A stretch of DNA of 60,578 nucleotides, filler included, from Sphacelaria rigidula (GCA_964200075.2; 6 parts of 6 records of this genome joined end to end with filler, not necessarily neighbours in it); one strand, 5' to 3'; shown: positions 1 through 11,235, counted from the whole stretch's first letter. Notes: generated by a model from the letters alone, not told the origin. Numbers and translations: made by a program.

Positions 1-78
1 CATCCGGAATCGAACCTCCGTTCTCTCCACCCTAATGGCGACAGTCGGACCATTACACCACCGGGGCGCGGCGGCACC
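1..78 (-). mobile_element. tRNA-derived SINE family A, head only (cut by contig start)
   Basis: Minus strand has A-box TGGTGTAATGG and B-box GGTTCGATTCC; closely matches 4085-4160 and 20755-20822. Confidence 0.75.
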
Positions 79-1026
79 GCAAATTCCTTATCAACTTAGT
101 GCAGTGCACGCGCCGCCACGCTCTTCTGAGCTTCGACCCTAGGCGTATGGTGTGCTATTTTGGTGTCGTGGATCCCTCGGTACCTCGGTGTGTGGATTTC
201 CAAAAGTGTGGTATGGCCGGTACGGGGCCGGACGACGGCGATACCTACGCGGTAATGGCAGAAAATATCACGGAAACTGCGAAAATCAGGAGACCACTTC
301 ACCCTGTCGCGAAAAAAATCGCGGAAGTTGGCATGCTGCTGCACTCACTGTACTTATGTATGCATGTGCGCGTTTTATAGCTCCAAGCGATGCATGTTTT
401 GCGACCCCGATATCGAGAGTAAGACCAAATGATGTGACAAATTGCAGTAGACTTGAACATCCGTTTTCCCCGCCTGCTTAACCGTTAGACGGCGAGAGTA
501 CGGTTAGGTGTTGAATCGGCATAAATTCCACTCGAAAAAAGTGTTAATGATCCAGATGAACTAACCTCGCGATCTGAGAGTTAGTACCATCATAACGTCT
601 GAGCCACATTTCAGAACGTACATCTTGGGGCCTCCTGTCTGGGGGATTTCCATCTACAGTACTGTATGGTGTTTGCGCGGTAGGTACGGCACGGTGCGGG
701 TGATTATGGGTAATCTGCGGTAAGCACGGTACGGTATTATGCGATCGCGGTACAATATTCCACGGCACTTGGATTGTGATTGTGCGATACCGTAGTAGGG
801 TACGGTGCTGATATTTGCAATTTTTTGCTGAGCTGCGGTCAAGTTCTATGTGCCGCAATAAACGGCAGTAAACTCACCCCGGTTACATTTCCGAGGAAAG
901 CCGTGAATTTTATGCTTGAAGCACCGTTATGCATGATGACTCCAACTGGTACCCCGCGCCTCTGACCCCCTCCCCTCTTCTCTCGATCAACGTTACAACG
1001 TATGTTTTCACCCGGAACCTCTTCAG

Positions 1027-2239
1027 TCAAAACACCGACGATCCTACCTCCACCTACGCCGCCCTCGCGATGGCTTGCCTCACCCTATTATTCGACAACA
1101 ACCGGACATCCTCCTCCTCCTACACCTCGGTCGCACCCAAGCTTCCACCCCCGCCGACGTCCACAACTGCCAAACCCGAAGCAAGCAACACTCGCTGCAA
1201 ACCTTCTGCAGCAGCAGCAGGGACGAAAGCAACAGCCAGTTCTTCCTCCAGTGAGGTTGCGGCGGCGCAGCCCACCCGCCCCCGAAAACGCGCCCGCAGC
1301 GTCATGAGTCGTAAATCTACTGGCACCGCGGCCCCCGCCCCTCCCGCCCCCGTAGGACCAGCCGCAGGCGGTGCTGGCGGCGCCTCGAGTGCCTTTGTCG
1401 TCACCGATACGGATGTTGCGGCCGCCGCAGATGAGCGACATCGACAGGGAGCGGCCGGGGGCAGCGACGCTGCTAGAGCGGGCGCGGGAGCGGGAGCGGG
1501 AGCGGAGGTGACGGGAGGAGAGGCCGAGGCCAAGGCAGCGCCATTACGAGAAGGGGAAGAGTTGGTCCCAGCGACCAAGTTTCTGGCGCTTGTGGCTGCG
1601 GCCGAAGCTATAGCGGAGCTCGTGCGGGCTGAGGCGGACTTGGTGGTGGCGGTGGCAGCGGTGGCTCGGAATCCGACCGCTCGAGATGGCGCTCAAAGAA
1701 ATCGCAGAAAAGATCGCGGCGGTGATGTTGACGGTGACGATGATCACGACGATAGCGGCGACAACGACAATGATGCTGTCGCCGAACGGCCTTCGAGGGG
1801 TAAGAACAAAGGCACAAGCGGATCCAAGTACCGCCTGAAACGACGTAAGCGTGGAGGAGCAGGGCCCGACCAGACAGGGGCGACAGCGGCGACGGCGCGA
1901 GACATTGTTTTGATGGAGGCGACTAGAAGAACGAGGTCGGAGTGGGCGTGGCAGCGCGAATTGTCTTTTTTGCTAATAGAGACTTGCGGCGGCGATGCCG
2001 GGGCCGATGGCGGTGACTTGGGAGATGCTGGCGAAGGGGTTGGTGGGGAGCGGTGTAACGATGTGCAACAGGCCGCGCGTGCAGCTGTTGATCGGGTCCT
2101 GGCAGGTACTGAGGATGTTGGGGGTGGTGTGGATGGAGGCAGCAACGGTAGCGGCGGTGGGAAAGTGTTTCGGGAGCTGAAGAGAGTGGACGACACGGTG
2201 GGGGCCGCGTGCACAGGGGTCATCAGTTTGCTGCTGCAG
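1027..2239 (+). CDS. BTAF1: Mot1/BTAF1-like SNF2 ATPase, internal low-complexity exon (5' boundary tentative; gene spans at least 1027-9312 and is truncated by the contig)
   Basis: Inside ORF 929-2254; cttcag| acceptor and CAG|gtgcc donor; GC-rich coding-like composition; ends in phase 0, matching the next exon. Confidence 0.6.
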
Positions 2240-2556
2240 GTGCCACAAAAGTAGAAGAAAAATGTTTTGAGTCTTATTTTCGTGTGTGAAGTAAGTGCAC
2301 GCTCGGTTGTGCTGTGGTCGGGGGATACATGCAATGGTGTCATGGTTTGTGTTGCTTTGCACAATATGTAGCAGGGTCAGATATACTTTCAACCGTTCGT
2401 CGGTCGTGTCACATTGAGCATGCATCACGTCCTTCAGGTTTTTTTCTGTGGTGTCGACCACGCGCAAAAAGACAATATATTACCTCGCCACCCCGCTCCG
2501 CCAGTGTCACAACCGTAAAATTCCACCAAACCTTTTTTCATATGTGTCGGCTGTAG

Positions 2557-2979
2557 GACACCCCTACCGGCAATGCGGATGGACAAACAGCCCCCAGCCC
2601 CGCGGCCTGTGCCACTACGGCAAGCAACACAGAGACGGACCACCCGCCGTCGCAGATCAACAAAAAAAACACCGGTACCGCCAGCTTTCATAGTACGTCA
2701 AAGAAAAAGACAAGAGATGGGGCAAGGAAACGAGCTCAGCGAGGAAGCAGCGGCAGCGGCAGCAGTAGCGCACCGCCGACGCCGACGCCGGCGACGGAGA
2801 CCGTTGCAGCGCCGCCGAACTCTGCGCTTTCGTCGGGTGTGGAGAGAATGTTTCGTATCCTGGCCGCGTCGTTCGGAGAAACGATAGTTCCGCTGGACAG
2901 GACCGCGAGCCATGCCGAGAGGCACACGGTGTGGCGCGAGAGGATTGCACATTTCCAGGAACGGATGCGAGAACAGCAG
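2557..2979 (+). CDS. BTAF1: Mot1/BTAF1-like SNF2 ATPase exon
   Basis: ctgtag|GAC...CAG|gtcaat, 423 nt open in phase 0/0 (DTPTGNA...HFQERMREQQ). Confidence 0.65.
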
Positions 2980-3494
2980 GTCAATGTGGATTTGTGTGTG
3001 GCTATGTGTGTCCGTGATGTTTACTGTGTATGTGGGGCTGTCAGGTAGGACTGCGGAGTTGACTCACTCCCTGCAGGATTGCGCGGGGGAGTGTGAGGTT
3101 GGGCTAGCGCAGTCGTCTAGGCGCACTGTCTGTGATACTTGTGCTGTTTGGATGCAGTTTTTCGAGGCTGATCTGTAACGTGTTACAAGCGGCGGAATGA
3201 TTCAGGTATGAACCAAAATCGAGAGCCGTAGATCTGACACTCTAGGTATCCTTCAGTGACCTTTTTCATTGTACGGCTCACCCCGAAAACACAATAGCAG
3301 AATCATTGATTGCTCTTGAGAACATGAATGGACGATGAAATCTCCTTACGGTAGAGTGCGTCGTTTGGTCGCTCCTATCGTATACTCACATGCCACACCA
3401 CGATTGAGTACCATCGTTCCCTTCTCGGCCGTGACTCTTTACACTCTTTGCCTTGCTGCTGACAAATATCACGCTTCACACTCCTTCGACACAG

Positions 3495-3637
3495 AACATT
3501 CTCGAAACACGAATAGCGGCAGCGGCGGCGGCGGCGCACGTTGCTACCCGCCCCCTGCCGCAAAAGCTCAACCCGGTCCTTCGCCCGCTCGTATCCGCGG
3601 TGAAAATCGAGCCTGACCCCCAGCGCCGAGCTCGCAG
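3495..3637 (+). CDS. BTAF1: Mot1/BTAF1-like exon (DUF3535/HEAT region)
   Basis: acag|AAC...AG|gtgag; encodes LPQKLNPVLRPLVSAVKIE, matching the Mot1 LPxKLNPxIRPLMxSIKxE motif. Confidence 0.85.
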
Positions 3638-3864
3638 GTGAGAATACTACTAAAATGCTGGGGTTGACACAACGTGTTGTATTATTGGGCTGGTTTGTCG
3701 ATTCAGGCGTGCGACCAAACGCTGAGGTGCAAAATTCCTGTGGTTTGATTGGTGTTCTGTATGTTCTGACCGACTAGAGTTAGTTAGTAGTTGCTTATAC
3801 GTCTCAGTGAAGCTATGTGGACTGTGTGATCGTGCCCAGACAATCTGTTTTTTCTTTTTTCCTC

Positions 3865-4160
3865 ACACTTTGAACACCTCCCCTTCCTCGGGATGAGTCC
3901 GTGGTCACAAGGGATCAACCCATCTCTCCCCCGGTACACGCCTTTTATTTTGGTCTCGCGGATTGGGTCAGCACTACCGCACCGCGTCAACTCACGTCAC
4001 ACAAGCCCAGTCAACTACTTTGTTTACTCACATTCTCACGCTTTCCATGGTGGAAATCATACATTACGAAGAAAAAACCCAACGCATCGGGGATCAAACG
4101 CCCGTTCTCTCCAGCGTAACGGCGACAGTCGGACCATTACACCACCGGGGCGCGGCGGCA
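3865..4160 (-). mobile_element. tRNA-derived SINE family A, near full length, intronic
   Basis: A-box and degenerate B-box head near 4160-4090 plus a body homologous to 20755-21045, 18912-19225 and 13590-13870. Confidence 0.8.
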
Positions 4161-4451
4161 TATGCCCTCATATCTTGCCAACTCCGCGTGTTTCGCATCG
4201 TGCATGGGATGGGTAGCTTGTAGGATGTACAAATGTACAAGTCCATCGATTACCCTATTTGTTTGTCCATTCCACCCCACCACCTCAAACGCATCGCTCC
4301 TGATGACATCGCCTGCCCTCTTCCATCCCCATTACATGTACACCCCACACGCAACCATTGTCTCTCTGGACGTCCGCGGCACCGAATACGTTACCACGCA
4401 CTGCTGCCACTCCGCCACAACAATCACAACAATCACGACAACAACAAAAAG

Positions 4452-5760
4452 TGCAATTGGCCTGGCGCACCTGGCAGCAACACTTATTGCCGACGATTCC
4501 CACTCCACTGAGGAGCCTCGCAGACGCAGTGCCGGCGGCAAGGTCCTCATGAACCTCGCCATACTCGCAAAGCCGCAGTCGCCCCCGCAGCAGCAGCGGC
4601 GGCGGCAGCAGCAGCAGCAGCAGCAGCAGCCATTCTGTCCGGAGGACGCAGTCGATCCCAGTTCCATCCGCACTGAGGGCGCCGGGGCTGCGGAGGCCTT
4701 AAGACATGCCATCCAGCTGGCCGCAACAGTTGGATTGAGGGAGCGGGGCCCCACAACGGCCGGTAGCAGCAGCGCAAGTGCGAGTGAAGCCGTGGGCAAG
4801 GCAAATGTGGTTGTCCGCGGTTCTGCGGGAAAACTCGCGGATGCTGGGACAGGGACGAGGGCGTCATTTTCAGGTTTGGATGATTGGATCCATCAGACGC
4901 TGGCGCCGATTTTGTCGTTGTCCGCTCCCGCCGGGCCTGCTGATCACGGAAAGGATGTTGAGGCGAAAAGGCGGCATGATGGTGGATATCGAGGTAATGC
5001 AACAAATGAAGCATTACCAGCAACGCCGCAGGCCCCGACGGCAACGGCTGTGGCAGAGGCGGCGGCGGCGGCGCGAGGCTCGCGAGATCTCTGGGCGGCG
5101 CTGGCCGTGGCGAACGCTCTAGTCCAGGCAGCACGGCACCCCGCCGCCCCGGTGGCCGGCGGCGACGGAGGCGGCGGCTTGCGCTCGAGATCCCTCCTTT
5201 CTACGTTCCTGCTGGAGACGCCGTTAGCTTCCGGCCTGCTGGCCCTCACCCGAGGGCCATTGTCGCACCCAGGAACAGTACGTCAAAGCGAGGGTTACAA
5301 CAATGATCCGAACATTGCTTGTCCTACCTCCGCTGTTACTGCTGCCGCAACAAGAACCTCGGCGAGCAGCGACAGCGTCGCGTGTAACGACGGCGGAGAC
5401 GTCGGTGGCTATGCCTCGTCGATGGGTCCGTTATCGGACGCAGCCATGGCTATCGTCAAGGACGCAGCGGGCTTGTGCCCGGGGGGCATGTGGACGGGAC
5501 TTCGCGTCGAGGTTCTGCCGGCGCTGGCAGGTTCGCCTTGTTTCGTTGCAAAGGGCGATGTCTCCGGGGATGTGGTGGATGCTGCTAGCAATGGCCGTGA
5601 GACGGACGACGGCGCGAGGGGACGGGGACGGGGGCACGAGTTGAGGTGGGGTGCGCGGTTGCTGAGAGAGATGGTGGATGGGATGGGAACGGGAGTTGTG
5701 CCGTTTGCGTCACGGCTGTTGCCTGTGGCGTTGAGGGGAATGACGCACGCCGATGAAGAG
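4452..5760 (+). CDS. BTAF1: Mot1/BTAF1-like exon (HEAT region with poly-Q and Ala/Gly-rich insertions)
   Basis: aaaag|T (phase 2 fits the previous exon) to GAG|gtacgc; ends VVPFASRLLPVALRGMTHADEE, similar to Mot1 PYxxLLVVPxLGRMSD. Confidence 0.8.
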
Positions 5761-6056
5761 GTACGCGACTTCCAACTACAACGAGTGGTTTCATTGTGTG
5801 TGTTTGTTTGCTTGCCTTGCATTTGACGTGGCTGTGTTATCCAAGAGTGCATGGCTTGGATATCGTAGTACTGAGAACACGTGGCCACGGCTACAGCATG
5901 GCGATGCTGTTAGTACGTGATGTCCCTACTCATGTACTCCGTCTGTATCCGGGTGACGAAATCTACGACCGCCATCTTTTTGCGTTCTCCGTTAGCCGTC
6001 AGTCTATACCCACGAAATTGTAAGAGTGCCTCTTCAATCCCGTTTTGCTGGGTCAG

Positions 6057-6263
6057 GTCCGACGTCTGTTGGCGCGGACTTTCAACCGTCTCGTCAAGGC
6101 CGTTGCCCTGGCTTCATCCGACGAGGGAGGTGAGAATGACAGTGCTCGCGATGATGGTGCTGGTGTTGCGGTGACCGCAAGGGTGGAGATCGGGGGAGAA
6201 AAGGTCCGGGTCAACAACGGCAGCGATCTGGGCGAGGCAGACAGCATCGAGAGAGATGGGGAG
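6057..6263 (+). CDS. BTAF1: Mot1/BTAF1-like exon (alternative donor at 6203 possible)
   Basis: gtcag|GTC; VRRLLARTFNRLVKAVAL resembles Mot1 VRxxATxxFAxLVxLMPL; GAG|gtattt donor in phase 0. Confidence 0.75.
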
Positions 6264-6784
6264 GTATTTGCCAGCGGAGAAACTTTTGTGCTCGGTCAAG
6301 AAACGTACAATTAGGCGATGTTGGACGCGTGAAAAAGCAGGGTATCGGTGAACCGTTTTTGCACGTGCGGGAGGCACGAAGGGAAGAGCAGGGGGGGGGC
6401 AGGGGGGGAGAGGGTTACTCGTGTGTTGAGGGAAGACATCATTCTGTTGGCAGCGAGGTACGGGTGTACTTTTGAATACACCGGTCACATATTAACGTAG
6501 ATTGTGTGTAGCCGCTCCTTGAAGCATACATCTTTTTGTTAACGGTTTGTGGTGTTGATATCTGACTGTCAATAATTACCTTCCGTACATCTATCGTGTG
6601 AATGTGTCTGCATTCGTCAGGGATCGGTCAATGTGCGACAACCAAACCCTCATTCGTGCGTCCCGGTTGCAACTACTCTGTTTCCCACCCCGCCCCACGG
6701 CAACCTGACGCAATCTCCCAATCCCCCCCCCCCTCCATCTTCCCGTCCCTTTTTGTCGTGTGATTTGTTGTTTCCGGGTGACAG

Positions 6785-6930
6785 TTGATTGCTCGCCACC
6801 TGGTGCAAGGCGAACCACTGAATCGGCTGGATCGAGAGGCGCTGCCACCGCAGCTAGCTAGACGTGTGGCTGTAGGGGTGGAGTTGCGGCCTTACCAGTG
6901 GGAAGGTGTTGCGTGGCTTGACTTCTTGAG
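6785..6930 (+). CDS. BTAF1: Mot1/BTAF1-like exon (SNF2 Q-motif); absent from the ORF track
   Basis: gacag|TTG...AG|gtaagc; encodes ELRPYQWEGVAWLDFL. Confidence 0.9.
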
Positions 6931-6954
6931 GTAAGCCTTAGTCTGGAGCGGTCG

Positions 6955-7270
6955 GGGAGGTGGAGGGGTGTACTCATGATCATGCATGCCATAGTCATAA
7001 AACTATTGACCTCGCATCCCCACGAAGCCGGGACGGAGCACGCCGCGTTTCCAACCAGGCTCGCACTCAAATCACCAAGCGTGAAGCGCCGTGGTGTGTT
7101 CGGCGAGTCGCATGAAGGGTGAGCTGCATCCTGCCAAGATTGTTCGGCCCGAAGCCTACTGATTATCTTGCATTTGGATGACAGCCTACAATGAGTTGCT
7201 TCATTTTCTGGTATCGCCACTTCCAGAGACAGCCACGTCTTATACACTGCCTCATGGGTGTCTCACCATG
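6955..7270 (-). mobile_element. Non-LTR retroelement family B, 3' fragment ending ATGAGTAC + C-tract
   Basis: Highly similar to 49785-50110, 49215-49450, 48945-49060, 50568-50650 and 13480-13575. Confidence 0.75.
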
Positions 7271-7885
7271 GGGAGGGGGGGGTGGCGCGTACTCATTTGT
7301 TGCTTGCCTTGGTCGTTTGACCATTGACCATTGACCATTGAGCACCGTTCCTACTCCTAATAGAGACACCTCCGACATTTCGGTGCTCATTGCATTTCTT
7401 CCATACATTACACAAAACCTTTTACATATCTCATCCCCGTCCCGTTTCGCCGTCTGTGGCCACCATCTATCTCCTAGTATGGCCATCGTTTTCTCGCTAC
7501 TGTCTAATGCATCAAACGATTTTATACCACCTTCGTTTACTTCCCGCATTTCCCGCTCTAGCACGTCCCGTTCCTCCTTGTATTGTTCACATTCTGCCAC
7601 AAAACGACTTGTACTTTCCATTGCTTTGCCACAGGGGCAATTGATCCTGTGCATCTGCTTCCTCCCTCACTCGAGTACTGGTGCACCTTTTCCTTCTTTT
7701 GGTCTAGGCCCCCCACCCAAAATTGCAGTTTCAATTTTTTCGCGGAATCCATTGGGCCATGCAGACGTGTTCCCATCTCTATCCCTTCTCTCAACCTCCC
7801 TCATATTTTCAGGTGTTCTTCCTCGTCTACTTTCCGTCTTCGCATTTATTTTCCCCTTATTTCTATCATGTCTCTTACTTCTGCC
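7271..7885 (-). mobile_element. Degenerate LINE (family C): ORF2 C-terminus and 3' end, 5'-truncated
   Basis: Frameshifted GPMDSAKKLKLQF..G.LD and CPCGKAMESTSRFVAECEQY (decayed CCHC zinc knuckle, His replaced by Arg), then ILGDRWW; ends CAACAAATGAGTAC + C-tract. Confidence 0.75.
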
Positions 7886-7968
7886 GGGGGGGGCAATTTA
7901 GTTGTTGCTTACCTTAGTCATTTGACCAGTGACCACGATATCCCTTTCGAGACGGAGCATCACTCCTA
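7885..7968 (-). mobile_element. Short second 3'-end fragment of LINE family C
   Basis: Minus strand GCTCCGTCTCGAAAGGGAT...GGTCAAATGACTAAGGTAAGCAACAA followed by a C run; matches the 7290-7350 terminus. Confidence 0.6.
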
Positions 7969-8074
7969 CTCCCAGGGAGGGGGTGGGGCTGTACCCCACA
8001 CCCGGGGGGGGGCAGGCTGTACCCTTGAAATGGGAGCGGGGGGTGGGGAATGTGTTGTCATCTCATCTATTCTG

Positions 8075-8410
8075 GACGCCAGCCTATACTTTTCGGTATG
8101 TGTGGGCGCACCAGCCGGGGTCACACAGGAGGAAGGCCAGCACAGGAGTTGTTCTTTTTCCATTTGCTTTAGTTTTCCGCCCATCTTCTGCGGTGTTTGC
8201 CTTATTTTTTAATCGAGAGAGGTTCAGCAGTCCCTTTCCCTCGTCGACCGCGAAGTCGAATTTTGTGTACCCACGACATAGTCGCTCTCTACTGTTGGAC
8301 ATTGTGTGAGAAAAAATCCCAGATCGTGTGACTGCACCGAGATTCGAACCCACGACGCAATCGTCAGAAGGTTTCGAGGTTACCAACTGAGCCACCGGGG
8401 CGACCGGTCG
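8075..8410 (-). mobile_element. tRNA-derived SINE family D
   Basis: Minus strand GCCCCGGTGGCTCAGTTGG (A-box)...GGTTCGAATCTC (B-box), no tRNA acceptor stem, followed by a non-tRNA body of about 250 nt. Confidence 0.7.
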
Positions 8411-8623
8411 ATGTAAGCGAACAGGTTCAAACTTATACTCAGCTTGTTCAAGCGCTAAATATGCGGATGAAAACGAGACGAGGAATAGCCGAGTAGTTGC
8501 AGGTACTCGCGGTTCAATTCTGAGAGATTGCTGTGTGTTGGACGAGGTTTTGGAGACGTGTGTAAATTCTCTGAAAAAAAACGTGGGTTTTGCTGATCGC
8601 TCATGGTATGTTTTTTCCCTCAG

Positions 8624-8730
8624 GAGAATTGGCGCACACGGGATCTTGGCCGATGACATGGGGCTGGGCAAGACCCTTCAAGCACTCATGGCTGTGGCGA
8701 TGTGCCATCACAGTAGAGCACACCAACGAG
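8624..8730 (+). CDS. BTAF1: Mot1/BTAF1-like exon (helicase motif I / Walker A)
   Basis: ccctcag|G...G|gtgacg; encodes HGILADDMGLGKTLQ. Confidence 0.92.
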
Positions 8731-9262
8731 GTGACGTGACGTCGGCACTTTGCTGGCGGTGGTGTAAGTGTTCTGTTCGGTTCGTTGGTGTTGGTGTTTG
8801 AGGTTCGTGTGTGCCCTATGAAAAACGGCGATGACATCCCGTTTCCTCCGTTCATTTCACACCTTCTTTTACTAGATCACGTGCGTCCTGCGAGCAGGCG
8901 TTTGCTGCAAGAACACAACTTAGAGTTTGCAGTCCGCGCATGTTCTTCCCTCTACACATCTCTAGACGGCTCTGATTGATTAATGAAATTCGGCAAAGGA
9001 AAACGAATTTTGCCTTCCTGCGCTGAGAATGGCACATGATTTGGTTGACAGTTAGCTAAGGTGAGAAACAGTAACGCTTTTTCATAATTTCAATAGTGCT
9101 CCATAATAATATTACAGTCTCAACCTTGACGTACGTAAAATATCCTGTGCCGACCAGCGCACCCTCTCCTCAGCTACGATGTGCATGTGCACCTTTGCTC
9201 GCGATTTTCCTTGTGTGCATGCATACGCGTGCGCGTTGCTGTCGTGATTGGGCTGGAACCAG

Positions 9263-9312
9263 GTCGAAGGTCGCTCGTGGTGTGTCCAGCGATGCTCGTC
9301 AATCATTGGGTG
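9263..9312 (+). CDS. BTAF1: Mot1/BTAF1-like exon (helicase motif Ia)
   Basis: accag|GT...GTG|gtgag; SLVVCPAMLVNHW; phase 1 fits the previous exon. Confidence 0.85.
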
Positions 9313-10015
9313 GTGAGAACAAAGCGAGACGACGTATTCTGTTTTTTGTGGGATACATATGACACCAAAATATTTCGCCTGCCATATTTAGCGTGTGCAT
9401 CATATTTCTGCAGAGCTAGCCTGGACACGCTATGCTCAGGAGTTATTTGCTGTGCTAACGCTAGATTTTCCTCAGAGCCTATCGAGGACCATCGAAACGT
9501 AACCAGTGGACCGTCGCGTAGTACACTCGCCAGTGCATCTGCCCGTCTTCGGAACAGCTTCGGTGTTGTCTATGAGGGTGCCTGGCGTTGTTGATTTTGA
9601 CCCTCGCTTGGTGGCCATGTTAATCCCTCTTGCCTTCTCCGTATATATACCCCCCCCCCCCCTTCTTTCTTCTGTATACTTTATCGGCAGATCTGATGAG
9701 TTTGTTTCTACCTCGCCCCGATCAAGTCGGGGGGAAGCTATTCCTCTTCTGTTAACTTGAGACGTCTCTCTAATTGTCTTTATTTGGTGATATACTTCCT
9801 CTGTCCCATAAGTAAAGGTACCTAAATTTGTACGGGCCCTCAACGATGTCCAATGTCGTTGGTTTTTAATTAACTCTACGGTGTTTTTGGGGTTAAGAAA
9901 ATGTGTTTGAAATTTGCAGCTCGTGCTTGAACCATGCCGCCGAACGGCTGCAAAAAAAGTAGTCGGCCCAAAAATGGCCGTTTTTTGCCCCCTTCCGAGG
10001 AGAAAAGAAGTGTCG

Positions 10016-10115
10016 NNNNNNNNNNNNNNNNNNNNNNNNNNNNNNNNNNNNNNNNNNNNTTAATTAATTAANNNNNNNNNNNNNNNNNNNNNNNNNNNNN
10101 NNNNNNNNNNNNNNN
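10016..10115. other. Artificial contig linker
   Basis: N44-TTAATTAATTAA-N44, stop codons in all six frames. Confidence 0.98.
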
Positions 10116-11235
10116 ATAAAATTAGAAATGAAAAATGAATAGGGCATAAAAAAAAAAAACTACCAGTGCATACATTTTTTTTTTCATGAGTTGAGGGCAT
10201 TTTACCGATATCTGGAAAACTGATTATTGCCCTCAACTCATGAAAGAAAAAAAAAAACCTTGTGTGCACTGGTAGTTTTTTTTATTATGCCCCATTCATT
10301 GTCCATACCAAATTTCAGGGCCCAACTTCAAGTATTGGCCGTACAATGGGCGGTTTAGTGACGGGGTCAGAAGAAATTCGGAACAGTATTTTGCAGGCCA
10401 CACACCGGCCCACGTTCGGTGCTTGTGTATCGAAACTTTGTGTGGGCCGTGACTAGGGCATAATTGACGAAACAAAGTGGATCAGGTTGATTATTTCTAA
10501 TTTTTTCACTGGTTTAGGGCGTTTTAATATGGGAACCGCCATTGTTTTACGAGAACGCCCAAACCTCTTGAAAAAAAAGGGCCCATTTTTTTATTTTTTT
10601 CAGCATACCTCTGTGGTTCTTCATCCTGAGTTTTAAATTGCAATTCTAAAAATTGAGCGAAAAAATTGAGATGAGGCCCAAAAGCAGTGTTCATTTCTCC
10701 TCTAAACTGCCCGAAAAACCCGAAAACAATGAAAAAAACGAAAAAAAACGAAAAAAATGAAAAAGCTGTGTTCATAACATTCTCCATACGAAATTTTATA
10801 GCATAACTCTCAAAAACTGAGACGCGATATCCAGGTTAAGCTGATCTAGCGCATCTGCTCGTAATATACTGGTTTTAGTATTTAAACTTATGTGCACCAT
10901 ATTCCGATATAGATTACGAGCTGGGTGAAGGTGAGGGTATCTATCGTCTCCCCGTGCTCCAGGGCATGTCGACACTAAAATTTGTCGTCATCCGCTGAAT
11001 GTATCCATCGGGGGTTTCATAGAGATTTTAGTATGGACGCTATCTTCCTTAGGTACAGGAATTATTAGACATGGGGTTTAATCAACGAGAAAATATGGGC
11101 CCAAAATTTTGAGCAGATGGGCACCTTCCCCTTGGTTAGACGATTAATACAATATGAGGATCATGGCCCAACTCGTCCGTGTCGACGAGATATTGCTTTG
11201 AGAGCTTAAATCCGTGTCTAGGCCGGCCCAGCTTG
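10116..11235 (-). mobile_element. Non-autonomous TA-flanked DNA transposon (Tc1/mariner-like family E), truncated by contig start
   Basis: Reverse-complement homologue of 41592-43268; ends CCCAGCTTG|TA. Confidence 0.75.

Noticed and set aside
8330..8410. tRNA gene
   Set aside because: A and B boxes are present, but there is no acceptor-stem pairing or clear anticodon arm and it continues into a non-tRNA body; treated as a SINE head
10060..10071. TTAATTAATTAA palindrome recurring every ~10 kb
   Set aside because: Synthetic six-frame stop linker embedded in N runs
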